A stretch of 64,000 nucleotides of DNA from Pelomyxa schiedti. Taxonomy: Eukaryota > Protista > Evosea. The notes under the pieces are model-generated. The model did not search any database. It was not told where the DNA came from and was given only the letters and a program-made list of their open reading frames with translations. The translations under genes and the position numbers were made by a program. Below are positions 25,541 through 43,262 of this stretch, one piece after another. The DNA lies in NCBI GenBank assembly GCA_020536535.1, contig JAHLWZ010000803.1:1-64000 (forward strand), given 5' to 3'. The stretch's first letter is position 1; the number at the start of each line of letters is the position of its first letter.

Positions 25541-26312
25541 TTAGACTTCCACCACACGGCCAACCCATGTGCTTCCAGCAGCAGTGTTGATATCGGCACC
25601 CTTCAATTCCCTAAGGTTGCTATCAAGGTCTTCTCCACCCCCCTTCTGTACTGTGCAACTGAAGCCACTAAGGCACAAATAACGATTTTCCGGTTTTTTT
25701 TTTAGACGACTGATTGCTGTTCGGTCTCGCTGTTTATCTTGTTGATCCGGACATTTTTCCTGTGTCACTGCAAAAAGAAAAAGCTACCTGATATCACCGG
25801 ATACAGAAGAACTTGGCTTTTCTCATCTCGCTCCATTTCACTTCTGCATGATGCTTTAAGATGTACGAACGACAAGGCGATGGCGTTACATTTGACCCTG
25901 AACAAGCCATGTACTCTCCAGCATTTAGTAAACTTGCATATTACAAGGAGTTGATTTGGCTGTTCAGAAATTCACTCCTGAATAAGGCCGCTCGCTGGAG
26001 ATCATCAAGCATTAGTTGAGCTCAGTACCTATTACAGCACGGAAAACGGTTTCCTGTTGACATGGCTCGCGTGGTGCTTGGAATTGGTGCTTCACGTGAC
26101 CAAAAGATGTTATCAAGGCTTATCAATTTTTTGTGAGGGCTGCTTGTGCTGGCATGAAAAGGCTTTTCTCTCTTGGGGTCTTGCTTGAATGCGTTTAAGG
26201 AGTTTAAAGCACACGTACCATGACAAACAAAAGTTCTCTTCTCTGTTTTTACCTCAAAAAAAAAACACAAAAGTTCATTCTCGTTTTGATCCTCGTTCTT
26301 GTAATAATCCAT
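25541..26312 (-). CDS. Hypothetical protein (weak model)
   Basis: Short minus-strand ORF pieces with GT-AG sites, divergent from the Amt gene. No domain recognised. Confidence 0.3.
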
Positions 26313-26513
26313 CTTCGATGGAAGGATCGAAACGTCGATGGACTCGTCTTCCTATAATACGGCCGATAGAACCTTCCATCCAAAAGATGGTGCTTCCCAC
26401 CCGCGAAAGGCGCCCAAAGAAACAACAACGAACAAAAAATAAAAAAAGCATAAAACAAACGCCACCCTCGGCCTCCTCCTCTGTCGTGGTACAGTTTTAC
26501 ATCACATAGTGAC

Positions 26514-28379
26514 ATGGCTACCTCTTCTTCGTTCTCCAGCGACGTGCTGGCCAACTCCACCAATTCGTCGTCCTCGTCGGTCGAACTGGTCATCACACCA
26601 GGAGACACAGCCATCGTGTTGCTCTCTGCGGCCCTCGTGTGTTTGATGACTCCTGGCTTGGCTTTTTTCTACGGAGGTCTGGTGCGCAGAAAGAACGTTC
26701 TCAACATCATGTTGCAGAACTTTATTAGTATGGGCTTGGTTACAAGTATGTTTCCGTTTCGTTTTTTTTTGGTTCCGGTGGCGGGTGGTTTTTTTTCGGA
26801 GCAGCGTTTCTAAAATTTGTGTTTGCAAGCAATTTGGTACTTGGGAGGATTCAGCTTGGCTTTCGGTGACAGCAAAGGCGGAGTGATAGGAAACCTGGAA
26901 TACTTTGGCCTTCTCAAAGTAGGAATGACGCCAAACCCTGACTATGGACCCACGATTCCTTTCCTGGCTTTCTTCGTGTTCCAGGTAGGATCATCTCTGC
27001 TTCTGGTTTAAACTTACCTGGAATTAGGAAATGTTCGCAATTATCACACCAGCACTTATTACTGGTGCTATTGCAGAACGTGTCACTTTCTCTGCTTGGA
27101 CAATCTTCATGGCTCTCTGGTCAATTTTGGTCTATATTCCAGGTCAGAGAGAACTGTTGCTCCTAATAGTCATTAGTAACTCTGTTTTCAGTTTGCCACT
27201 GGGTGTGGGGCTATGGATTTTTGGCTGATCTGGGAGTCAAAGATTTCGCCGGAGGCCTTGTTGTGCACTGCACTGCAGGAATGAGTGCGCTTGCTGGTGT
27301 ACTAGTTATTGGCCGCAGAAAAATTGTTGGCGAAAGTGGGCCACACAACGTTGCTTATGTAGCCCTTGGAACTGGACTACTATGGTTTGGGTGGTTTGGT
27401 TTCAATGGTGGTTCTGCCCTTGCTGCGAACGGCGATGCTGCAATGGTACGTTCGCATTCGCATCTGAATTTGCACTTACAACTGCACAGGCATGGGTGAC
27501 AACTGACGTGGCCGGTTCTTCTGCTATGATGGTGTGGGTCGTGCTGGATCTTATCAAGAGTAAGAAGCCAAGTATGGTGGGTATGCTCACAGGTGGAGTT
27601 GCTGGACTGGCAACGGTAACGCCATGTGCTGGATGTAAGTGCTGTATTCAGATTTTTCGCCTTTGATAAACTTGTTACCAGTTATCCGCCCTTGGGCTGG
27701 CTTTGTGATAGGATTGATGGCCTCCCTTATTTCTTATGGTGCCGTTATTGTAAAGACAAGAGTTGGATGGGATGATGCACTTGGTAAGACAAAATTGGTA
27801 TTTTTGTACTAGTATTAATTCTCGTTAGATGTATGGGCATGCCACGGTGTTGGAGGAATCATGGGAAGCATTCTCCTTGGTGTATTTGCCCAAAAGGAAG
27901 TCAATGGAGTGTCAGGCCTTATCGAAGGAGATGGCTACCAATTCGGGATTCAGATAGCCGCAGCATGTATTATTGGAGCTTGGTCCGTTCTTGTCACAGT
28001 TGTATTGCTGCTCGTTATCAACATAGGAATCAAAATTCGAGTGTCCGAGGATGTGGAGATGGTTGGCTTGGATATTCTCACAACTGCCGATCACGGTGCC
28101 TACGATTATGACAGAGAGGGAGGCTCGCTGGGAGACATAGGTACTTCTGTCAAAGATCCTGTTGGATCAGCTTCAGCTGTGATGGGAACCACAAAGGATG
28201 GCGTTGTTTCAGATGCTTCTAGTGGAACTGAGCTACTTCCGACTCATACAGATGCTGGCAGTGACGAGGAGAACAAAAAGAAAGGAAAGAAGGAGGGAGA
28301 CGATAGAAAAGGCAAAGCAAAGAAGTCGAAGGATAAGTCTTCCTCGAGTGAAAAGCACAAAAAGGAGAGGCATCACTGA
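26514..28379 (+). CDS. amt: Ammonium transporter (AmtB/Mep-type)
   Basis: [35 protein letters not shown]; DFAGGLVVH; [13 protein letters not shown]; [14 protein letters not shown] (twin His intact); K/E-rich cytosolic tail. Confidence 0.97.
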
Positions 28380-28575
28380 TCCTGTAAAAAATTATTGATA
28401 TTTTTCTGCCAAAACCAGAAAAACAAATAATAAACAAAATTTTAAATTTTAGACATTGCCACCCATTTAATAAGGATTTCCTAAGGTCTTGGTGCTTTGG
28501 GCTTTTTTTGTCGGGCACGCAGTAAGAGGAAAAATCAAATCGGACAATAAAAGAAAAATAAAAAAAAACCTTTAC

Positions 28576-29421
28576 ATGGAACGTGAGTGGAGTGCGGACA
28601 TATTGTCCCAGGATGACCCCATCGACCCTTGGATCGTAGAGGGTCTCACTCTAAACGCTGTTGCCTTTCCGATGTCGTTTCTCTTCGCCTTTCACCTGGG
28701 CTTCGTCGGTACGTACGGGTTTTTTTTTTATGCAAAAAAAAGTACTACGAAAAACACGCCAATAAGTGCGTACCCCCAACAGAATCGTTGAGATGCTGCA
28801 TGCCCACGCGGGAAGACAACTCTTGGAAGATCTACGCAGGCCACGTGCTCTCACTTCCCATCAGGTTTTCTTTTATCTCTTTGTTTATTTACTATATTAT
28901 CCCTCGCCTGTCGTGCCAATCAATGTTGGCACCGTTCCCCTGCACCTGGTACCCAAAATCTCACCGTCACTCGCAGATTGGCCCTGGCCGTGATCCTCAT
29001 GGCCGCCGTGCTGCCTTTCTCGTTGATTCACCTCGTCATCATCATCCCTCTCAAATGCCTGTGCAACGCAAACAAGTGCATCAGCCCACACGCAGCCAGT
29101 GATTCCTTCCCAAGAAAGGAGAAACTAAACAGCCCCAGTTGCAAACCAAGCTGCTGCACTTGGAGCACTCTGGCATTCTCAAAGGAACAGGAGAACAGAG
29201 CACCAGTTTTCGGGTATTTCTCCCCATTTGTGCCGCAAGCTCCTCCATTCCATTCCGTTCCGTTCAGTCCGAATTGTAACATCTTTGTACTGTGCAGATG
29301 CAAACACTTGATGCAATTACTGTGCTGTACTGTAGTTATAGGGAACAAGCCATATGCTGCATGCCCTGTTTGTTGTGCACCAAAGCGCAAGTTCTCACCT
29401 TCAATCATGATGCATGTGTGA
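28576..29421 (+). CDS. Hypothetical Cys-rich membrane protein
   Basis: Four exons can be joined by GT-AG introns, giving two hydrophobic segments and several CC/CxxC clusters. No family assigned. Confidence 0.45.
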
Positions 29422-29545
29422 AGCAAGAGATACTTCATAAATACTCATGGAAGGAAACTTTGTGTAAACTGGAAGGAGTAAAGAAAAAAGGCTTTTTCTA
29501 GAAAGTGTCCGTAGTAAAGCTGTCACAACAAACAAAAAGGGCTCA

Positions 29546-30630
29546 TCACACAAGAGAACCCTTCCCCTCTATGAGAGGTGATGTTGTTTCGAGGTCCGCA
29601 ATATCAACGACCACCATTTCATCCTCTGCAGAAGGCTTTTGAGACAGGTCTATCACTTCCACAAGCTGGGAATCAGACCTGAGGCCATGTTAGAATAGGA
29701 GCCCGTGAATGAATTATACTTTTTTTTTAGCAGTGCCAAATGCTTTCGTACAGTGTAAGCGAAGAACTGGAGAGGATATTGAGTGATGACAAAACTGTTG
29801 GGAAGGAAGTGTACCCAAATAAACAGACAGACCCCCACAATGAACCCAATAACAACGAAAATCAGAATAATAATTAAGATGGCAAGTCCACATCCGTCAC
29901 CATCCGACGAAGAAGAAGAACTTGAGTCAGAGTGAGAGCCCCCTGAAATTGGTGCATGGTAGCTCTACAACAATTCCCTTAGTGGCAATCCCACTAAATA
30001 ATAGAATGTAACTGTAGAGACTGCTGGACTATGTAATACTACAACAGGTGGCTGCCTCCAAAAGAAAAACCACCAAAAAGTGGAACTGGGTGAATGTTAG
30101 GGTAAGGGGATGTAGACCCTTTTTGAAACGTACGATTCAGAATTGTGGTGGTAAGGGTATGTATCGTATGAGTAAGTACGGGGAGGCTCATCATTACAAC
30201 TTGTGAAAACGATTAGCATAAGTTGAGAGTAGATGAAACACGGCACACCAGAACTTACAGATCAATACTGGTAGCCCAATTATTCCAATAAGGAAAAATA
30301 GTGTTCCAAACCCATAGATTATGACCTTGGGCCAGTAGGTGACTGTGGTGGCATCCCATACTACATAAAAAAGATTATCCAGGTCCCCCTGTGAGGTTTT
30401 TCTTAAGTTAAAACCACCTTTCAGATGAAAACAAAATGTGCATACTCGTGAATTGACCCACATCATAAACATCCCCAACAGTGTTACAACCTTGTAGTAA
30501 TAAGAATGGAAAAACATTCTACAGGAGAATTTACTGCGGAAATCGAAAGTAGAAGCACCCCAATATCCCTCAGACATAAAAGTACAAAATGTGAATAAAC
30601 TTTGCACCGATCTCGGCTTTTCCTCCGTAA
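29546..30630 (-). CDS. Hypothetical membrane protein (5' end not found)
   Basis: Hydrophobic segments (VIIYGFGTLFFLIGIIGLPVLI; LAILIIILIFVVIGFIVGVCLFIW) and a spliced terminal exon ending GKGSLV*. The first exon probably lies upstream. Confidence 0.5.
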
Positions 30631-31809
30631 TCTACATGGCAATAATCAATACAATTAAAAAAAAAAAAAAGGGTGTTTGTACTACAAGTATTTAGTGTGA
30701 CAAATATCGCAACGGTAAAAGCTCAAAGGATTGGGACTAACAGCCCTCCACTGGTCCAAGCACTCTCTGTGCACCCACTAATTCACCTTTTTTAAAAAAA
30801 TGAATTGCAAACAAAAGGGAGATTAACCTTGACAGATCCAGAGCAAGAACAAGGAGAGATCAAATTACCGCCTCCTTCGTGGCAGTTACGACACACGGGC
30901 TCCTCCACACTCGTCATTTTTAACTGTCTTCAATTCTTTTTGCTTTTCAGCAGTTTTTTCCAATGTTTCAATTTGGTTTTGGCCTTTCGAGAAAATTAAT
31001 TTGCCGGCAGAATGATGGCGGGTGTTGGAGGGGGTGCTTGCAATCGCACATTCGTTGTATTATCGCCCTCGCACAAGGATATGTACGCTCCGATCTCCCG
31101 AGATCTTACTTGCTTGTAGCCAAGCAGAAAAAGCGAACTGATACGATACGAAATCAAACCAAACAGGAGGAGCCACTTGTTTTTGTCATTGGTGCAACGA
31201 CAGGGGTGCAGATGTGCTTGCGGCACTCCGGAGATCCCGTTTTACCGACGTATAGAGGTTTTGTCTGATCCGACGACGGCACTCGCGCCAGAGCGTTCAC
31301 AAAGTGGGCCGGACTGGGCACTGCCCCCTGCTCGGAGAGAAGAAGAACTCAAGAAGTCACTTCTTATACACTTTCCTGGGCTGAAATTTGCGTACCCAGT
31401 GCGTTTTTTCGCGTTACTGCTCCCACAGTGACATATGATTGCCTGACAGCGAGTGAAGAGGTTATTTCGTTCTGACTTGTCTAAATGCAGGAACCCGCTT
31501 ACGTGAAAGTGTTTTGCCAACCAATTGTACAACGAAAGTAGTCGGGCCCTTTTGTTGTTGCTGCCTAGAACTAACTAACACACGAAACAAATGTAGGCTA
31601 CTGGAATGGGGATACACCACTGCGGCGACCACTACATGTGCTAGTCAAGATAGCGTACAATGGAACTTTCCCTCACACCAGCACACACTTTCAGCAGTTT
31701 GTGAGCTGAGGAAGCAATCGTTGTCGTGTTGTTACACCTACGAATTGAGTGTATTTGTACTTTGTTAATTAAATCCTTTTTCTGATTTTCCCAGAACCCA
31801 CCACCATGC

Positions 31810-32950
31810 ATGAGGGACTACTTCTCTTATTTCCTTTCACCCCGTCCCAAACTTTTGCACAGCACTGTATCAGAGTCAAAACAGACGAGTTGTCTTCTTT
31901 CATCACCATATCCAAGTCCTGTGTCCCCACATCCATTTAAGAAGTCCCCTTCTACACCAGCATCTCCACCAACAACTCCGTTTCTATATGATCCTTCCAT
32001 TCAAGTCCCGTTTTCCCCACCACAACTTCCATTTTCCCCATTACAGTTTCCGTTTTCTCCACATGCACCTGATCACTCTCCACTATCCTCAAAAAGAGAA
32101 TATCTTGAATCTCCATCTTCCCCTCAAGGAACCAAAAGACAACGTGTTGACCATTCCCCTATTCCAGACAAATCACCAACCCAAGACCGAAAGCAATGCC
32201 TGTCCTGTGACAGATATCTAAGTGCTATTCCCTTCAAAGTTCACAAGGCAGCAAATGAAGTCGGACTCAAATTGTATGTACAATATGGGTGTGTTGTATG
32301 TTTCTCTTTAACCAGGTTTTTTTTTGTTTCCTCCAACCTCAAAAAGGCGCTCCACTCCACCCAGGAGACACGGTTCGACTCCAGTAATTATAAAAGATGC
32401 TTCAGGACACGTTTGTTGCAAAGCATATGCATTTCTTTCCGGAAAGTTGCCTGCCTCTGAGGAACTCAGAAATGTTCCGTCTGAAATCAATTTGTGGCAT
32501 CACATCAGTATAAGCTCACCTTTCAGACCAAAGTTCGACACGCAATGCACATATTGGTATCTGGAACCCCACACTGATGAAGAGCCTGACTACGTGGATT
32601 TATTATTCTTTGCTCGGAACAGGGCGGTGAGTTTCCGTAAAATCCACAGTTACACCATGTTTTCTAATGAGTTTAGGTACTAATTGGGCAGCTTTCACCC
32701 TCACTTCAGTGCGTTGTTTTGCACGTGCCCCATGTTTCCCGCGGAGGTACTCTCTAGACACTTCTCCTCCCCTTGCACTCTTTTCTTTTCGGTGTGGAAT
32801 AATCGCATCACAGGGGAGCATGGCTCCAGACATGGTTCCTTGGTACTTGTATCTTCCCGTAGCCTTAGGATTTTTGCCAACCCGCACGCGAACGTGTTTG
32901 AAATGCCAGCACATAAAATAACCAATGTGGATAGCAGTGACTCGGAATAA
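31810..32950 (+). CDS. Hypothetical protein: Ser/Pro-rich N-terminus, CxxC, possible SPOC-like domain
   Basis: SP-rich 216-codon first ORF with CLSC...H. Later exons read CKAYAFLSG...LEPH...YVDLLFFARNRA|VLIG. The SPOC resemblance is weak. Confidence 0.5.
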
Positions 32951-33186
32951 GACCATTAAACTTCTCATTTACCTTGTGTATTGTCACTTAGGGGAGGAGT
33001 GAGGAAGCACTTTCCGCCCTCCCTGTGTTGATGCCTAAATTGTGGGTCTTTTAAGACCACAGACCGAACATAATAAGAGACAATTCTCCATTCTCCACAC
33101 TTCCCCACACTCCCAAAAAATTTATCAGATTTTCTGGTTTTTTTTTCCCGAACTGAACAACATTTGATTCACGAAAAGGGGTGGTG

Positions 33187-36100
33187 ATGGCACACCGGTT
33201 TGGGCTGACGACGTTTCTGCAGCCGACGTACTGTTCTGTTTGTGGGTACGTCGCTCCTCCTTTTTTTTTTTTTAGTTTGCACCAAACTGCGAAATGACAC
33301 CTGGGTTGTTAGGCAATTTATATGGGGTCTGTTTCAACAGGGATACCAGTGCGAAGGTTTCTGTTTAGACCTGTATTTATTGATTTCACCTCCTCTTATT
33401 TTGGTGCTTATAGACTGTCAACAATACCCAATCCACAAGAAATGTATCAGCCAAGTAACTGCTGTTTGTCCAAAACGTAAGGATACAATGAACATTACAT
33501 TTATCTGACGTTAAACAAAAAAGAGTATGCTCAACCAATTGACCCCAGGGCAAAACACACGTCCCTGCCTTCGAATGCACCCACTGACTCAGCCACTCCT
33601 GAAACTGCAGAGGCAATTCAGGAACAAATTGCGAAATTGGAAGCATCTGTTGTCACTGAAGAGCATCAGATGGCTGGTTTATCCACCTCCCCATACCTTG
33701 ACTCTCACTTCAAGCAAAAACTCACAACCCCAAAAAAAAGCAACACAAAAACTTGTGGACATGTATGGTTCAGATAAATCCATGAAAGCTCAACTTATGG
33801 GCCAACAAGCAGAATCACAAAAGAAACTAGAAAATTTTCATGAACAACTTTCATTATTAAATGAAAAACTTGAAAAAGTGTTGGCCTCATCACGGGTCCC
33901 TCATAAGACAAGTATGCAAAACGAGTCCTCTTCTAAGAGTATCCTTCTTAACATGAAAATATCTGCAGAATCAGCGAGTGTTGAAGTAGAAGCAAACGCC
34001 ATGGAAGTGAGAGCAAATAACCCTGACCCCACAGAGCAACCAGAGCAACCACGTATCAGTTTTGAGCTTTGTACCAGGCTTACAATAATTCCAGATGATA
34101 CAAACTCGGAAAACTCGACTGAGAATTATCAAAGTTTTTCTCTACCCATTTTGTTCTTTCTCATGAATCTCTGATTGCTGTAGAGGGAATAACTATCTGT
34201 GACTATGAAGCCCGAAATGATGTTGAGATGACATTTACCAAAGGAACACCTGTGATAATAGCAAGTGAGAATGATGTAAGTAACTCATTTACATAATACC
34301 TTTCAACACAAAACAGGGTTGGTTATGGTGCACATGTGATGATGGAACTCAGGGTTGGGTGGATGAGCGTTACATCCAAAAGCTTGATGGATCAGCTAGT
34401 TCTGGTAATGAGACTGTTGACCCAGAATACACAGCTGATGAGCCTAACCCTGCCTATGAAAACCCCACACCTGATGATGACAAAAGAAGCAGTACGGAAG
34501 TTACGTATAATGAGAACCCAAATGTCAACAATCCTGATAAACTGGAGAATATCAAACCTGCATCTCCTCCACCTCATGAAGAGCCAACAAGTGAGGAGGA
34601 TGCACCACCACCACTCCCAGCTAGACAGACTGCTGTCCATGTGGTCAGCGCCGCACCAATCAAACCACAGGAAGATGAGGACTCTGACTGGGGTGACACT
34701 GAAGAAGAATCAAAACAGCCAGAAACAATCTCTCCAACTCCAAAATCCGTGGAACCTCAGAAGCAAACGGACCATTCAACAAACAAAGCCCCTGCAATCC
34801 CAGCAGAGGACCCAAAACCCGTACACACACCAACACCAGTTGTTCTAAAATCCAAGTCTCCACCCCAGAGTGAAGAGAATCAAGTAAAGCCAGCTGAATC
34901 AAAATCTGCTTTACATGACAAGAATGATTCTGAGTTGCATCAACCGAAAACTGTGAGTGATACCCATACAGAGTTGCCACAGAAACGTCCCCAACCTGTT
35001 CCCCGACCCCAACCTGCTGCACCACATGCAGTGTCCAAGGTTGATGGTACGGAGTCAAAGATCCCCAAAGATTCACATGATCAACCGAGTGCGGCACAAG
35101 GCCACTCCCAACCAGTTCTGCAACCATCTGCATCAACAAATTCCGCCAAAGCAATGCCAAAAATTCAAACACAGACCCCGGCAAATTCTCAGGAACACCC
35201 AATAACAGTGCCAACCCCTCAGGCCCATGTACCACCACAATCACAAACACCTCCCCCACAGCCACTTCAACCCCAACTCCAAACACAAACACAAGTGCAA
35301 CCGCAACCGCCGCCACAACCACAGACGCACTCGCACCCCCAGGCACAACAAGCGCAGCCACGGGCGCAACCACAGCCACGTCCCCGACCGCAACCACAAC
35401 CACAATCCAAAGTCGAAACAAAGGGATCAACAAATCCACCCACTGCTGTCTCACCTCCTCTACCTAGCACAGCTGTAGCCACATACAGTGGTAAGGAAAC
35501 CCCTTCAGTAAAGGGGAAGACTGAAGTGTCACCAACACCCACAAAATCTGACTCTAGTATCGCTAGCCAGGCAACCAAACCCGCAACAATTGCGTCAACA
35601 GAAAAAACACCCACTAGTACAAGTAGTTCCAAGCCAACTTCACCCACCACAGTGACAAGCACCAAGACAAATGCCACAACTACCTCTAATACACCAAATT
35701 CTACTATGAAGACAGAAAAACAACCAACCACTTCAAAAAACACTGTAGCTATGCCTAGAGTTTCAGCAGCATCTGCCAGCAGGATGTTACCTCCGCCACC
35801 CACAACACGAGCTTTACCAAAACCAACACAACCCACATCACAAACTAAACCAACTCCTGCGCCAACAACTGCGACTCCAAGTAAACAGCGGGCACTTCCG
35901 GCCCCAGCCCACATAGTAAAGCAGACCTCATTCACCTCCACTGTGCCTCACCAACCCACAACAGATAAACCCGCATCCGATAAATTTGAAAACACTGCCG
36001 ATAAGTCATCACACAAGACTTCAACCTTGGAGGAAAAGACTTCAGAAAAGCCTTCCGCCAAGTCTTCTGTTGCTCACAGCACACCAGCCCCCACATCAAC

Positions 36101-36692
36101 ACAAGTCGGAACTTCTCTCGCGCCTTCCACCAAACCTTCCACTTCCACCGCAGTTCACCAAACACCTACGGTCAGTGTAACACCTACCCAAACTCCAGCC
36201 ACTACCACAGCAACAAAAACCAACCCAACTCCCAGCACACAGTCCACTCCAAACCCGAAAGTACCTTCCACACAGCAACCTCCCGTGGTTTCCACAGAAT
36301 CCTCCATCAGTGCACCAAAGCCTTCTACAGCTACCGCAAGCAAAACTCCAGCACCAACAGCCACAAAAACAACCAAACCAGTCACAGCAACAACACCAAC
36401 ACATGCACCTACATCAACGACACCAACACCAACACCAACACCGGCACCAACAACTACGCTGGCATCAACACCAACACCAGCACCAACAAATCCAGTGGTC
36501 AAAGCAACACACACAACCGCGGCGAAATCCAAGAGGCCTATGCCCCAGATTCCGCCCAATGCGTTACCAATGGCCCCACCACCCCCAATACCTGCCTTCC
36601 TTCCCGATGAACCAAGTTTTGTACCTGATATTCCGGATGAAGATGCACCAGAACCTCCTGATGATGAGGCTCCTGAACCCCCAGCAGAGTAA
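33187..36692 (+). CDS. C1 domain - coiled coil - SH3 protein with long Pro/Thr/Ser-rich tail
   Basis: C1: HRFGLTTFLQPTYCSVCG|QFIWGLFQQGYQCE|DCQQYPIHKKCISQVTAVC. SH3: ICDYEARNDVEMTFTKG...|GWLWCTCDDGTQGWVDERYIQKL. The terminal exon is a 777-codon low-complexity region. Confidence 0.85.
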
Positions 36693-36808
36693 CAACATCC
36701 TCCTCACCCTTTTTCATTTTCTAGTACAAAAAAAAAAATCCATTCTTCTTTGCGTTCGTCAATAAATTATTGTTGCACGAGGTGTTGACACAAAGTAACA
36801 ATTCTGTG

Positions 36809-39067
36809 TCAGGTGAATTGACTGAGCATTGTAGATATGAAAGTAGCTAAAAAGAGAAGAACACCAGCAATTCCGATAGCTAGTGCCGAGAGCCTGAGTG
36901 GGAAGGATGCAAGGGGCTGAGTGCTTCTCTGGGTACTGTATGGTTCTGGTGATTTGAGTGGCTGGAGGTCAGAATCGATTCTGGGTGTCTGACTAGAAGC
37001 TGATGATGGGGATGGTGATGGTGGGTCAGTAAAGACCACCAAACCACCGGGTTCCATAGAACTGCCAGTGCTGGTAGTGGGTTGGGGTTCTTCCTCTGGT
37101 GGAGTGGGAGGGGCCCGGGATGGCGACGTGAGCAGGAAGAAAATGAATCCAGGAAGGATGTAGGATAATAGGGTGCAGCCGGTGCAGCCAATAACACTTA
37201 AAACAAAATCCAGATTGCTTGTGGCCATTGCCACAGTGTATGAACCCAGAAGGAGTAGTGCCTGAGAGGGGCTCAGTTGGATTGGGCATGGGTGCATACG
37301 GTTTCACCACAGTGGCGGGCAATTGGATGAAACAGAGGACCGCGGGAGCTAAATAAAGCACTATCAAAATTCAATCTGGCAGGATTCAGTACAATGGGGT
37401 AGGAGGCCAGGATAATTAGGGTGGTACAAACTCTTGCAACCACCACTGCAACGTTGTTTGTGGGATCTTGTGAAAAATATAAGTCAAAGCACACAATAAG
37501 TGTAAAAGCGCACAGTTATTTATCACATTGGCACTTGTGTCAAAACCCCAAGTAAGATACCCAAATGTAGCAACAACCAGAAAACAGATCATACAAAACG
37601 GCATGGCGATGAAGATAACTTGGTAAGTTTTTTTTGTCGGGTTCTCTTTTCCAAATTCACTATAGATAGGGAATATCTGTGAAATTATAAGGCAACACTA
37701 TGGTGGGTGGAACAACATTCATGTGATTAACATAGGCTAAGACAAATATGGGAAACACAGAGAGAGTTTCCACACTAATATAAACTGGCCGAATCTGAAA
37801 AATGGGTAACTTAAGTCCAGGAATTTGACAATCCGCCAGTACCTCAATAGGACTGGCTGATGAGGTAACAGTAATATCATCCTGATTGAAAAAAAAATAC
37901 ACCACCATCCCTGCGATATAGCAGATAGATATTAGTCCTGCAGTACTGGAACAAAGTGAGGTACAAAAGGAGGGATATATTCCTCGTACCTAGTGAACTT
38001 CAGGGCAGAAAGCTTTTTCAAAAATGAAATAGGCCCAACAAAAATCATAGCAATGCTTATCCAGAGTCTTGATTGGTACAAAATTGCTCTAGAGTCAGGA
38101 AAGATCAACTGCATCAAATTTGGTATAATTTGCCCTTCAAAGTGATTAACCCATAAGTATGGAATGGGAAGGAAAGTACTTGCCCATGATTATTAGATAG
38201 GAACAAAGTACTCCAAAAAGAGTTAGACAGAGGATAATATCTACTGCAATAATGGGAATCCTCGAGGGCACAGCCTGAATTATAAAGGGTGAGGAAGGGA
38301 GAAATGGAAGTGTCAGACCAAACCTCTTTCATAACTGAATGAAAGGACAGGGGTGGAAACACTTTAATTCCTCTCTCTTTCCATCTTTCGATAACGACAT
38401 AGCACGACTTCACGACGAGAGTGAGTGTGAACACGGATACGAGGCCAGAGAAAACTAGCATGCTAGGGGAAAAAAAAAAGTTAGAATGCCCCCCATAATC
38501 TAGTGTCAAACCATGGACCTAGTATATATCCCATACGACTAATTGAATAAGGAAGTGCCAGAATTCCTGGTCAAGGCAATTAGAACAAGTGGCCTGGTTG
38601 GGTGCTATCAAGCCAAAAGAAATCACTCCTCACCTGCTCCAATAGTGGCCTTGATCAAATTAATAGAACTACTCAGAACTCCAGCACCAGTTTTATTGGG
38701 TTCTAATTGTATTCCTTTAGGGAGAAAAATCAACAAAACGAAATCAACCTATTGGTTCTTGTTGGTTCTCAGGTAGGTATTCTCCCTCTAGTTCTTCAAT
38801 TTCCTCGTCACCTTCCCTGGACCTGCCCAGGCATCCCATAATCAAGTCTCGCCACGCATCGAACGTCTCCGACCACGTCGGCTCGACGAAATCAGTGGGC
38901 ATTCCCAGTGCCTGCACAGTTGCGTCGTTGCTACTGCTGAAGGTTGCGGGGACACTGCTGTGCCCGCGGTGGGGATTATGGGACTGGCGACGTTCACCAA
39001 CAACTTGGTACCCACTGTTGACGCTGAAGGTGTCCATTTCCACCACTTCATCGTCCCCGTTGTCCAT
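36809..39067 (-). CDS. Amino acid transporter, Aa_trans (SLC38/AVT-like)
   Basis: SSINLIKATIGAG, IFVGPISFLKKLSALKF, FPIFVLAYVNHMNV, ATFGYLTWG, ARVCTTLIILASYPIVLNPAR, VLSVIGCTGCTLLSYILPG. Confidence 0.92.
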
Positions 39068-39386
39068 TTTACTGCTTTACGGTTCCCGGAAAGTGCTCCG
39101 TTCTTCATCTCGAACTTTCACCTAAATCACAATTCATTGGCAGCACTATCTTCCTCCCCAGGACAGTTCTGGGCCCCCGCGGATGATATAAGCTGGAACA
39201 CACATTGTTTTTATTTAGTTCCATACCCTGAATCAGAGAATAGTATGCTCAGCTGGAACTCGATCTATAGAGTTTGTCCAAGTCTCCCTGGAGTTCTTTC
39301 AAAGAGGGCCTTTTTTTTCCCTTTAAAACCGGCACAGAAAAAAAAAAAGTAAAAACCAAATTAAAAACAACCACAAGAAGCGCACC

Positions 39387-43262
<3,876 letters not shown>

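Noticed and set aside
32372-32382. GGTTCGACTCC tRNA B-box/T-loop motif
   Set aside because: The T-stem does not pair beyond 2 bp, there is no A-box or cloverleaf, and it lies in a coding exon.
32618-32790. Two ORFs abutting in frame across TAA 32681-32683, suggesting stop readthrough, code reassignment or a 15-nt intron
   Set aside because: A normal intron of about 50 nt (GTGAGT...TTTAG) followed by a second GT-AG intron gives an uninterrupted reading frame, and TAA is used as a real stop elsewhere.
33939-33968. GTATCCTT...CTTAAC...CAG resembling a U12-type intron
   Set aside because: Only 30 nt, the donor and branch-like motifs nearly overlap, and it is in frame without a stop, so it is more simply coding sequence. 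No other convincing U12 signatures were seen.
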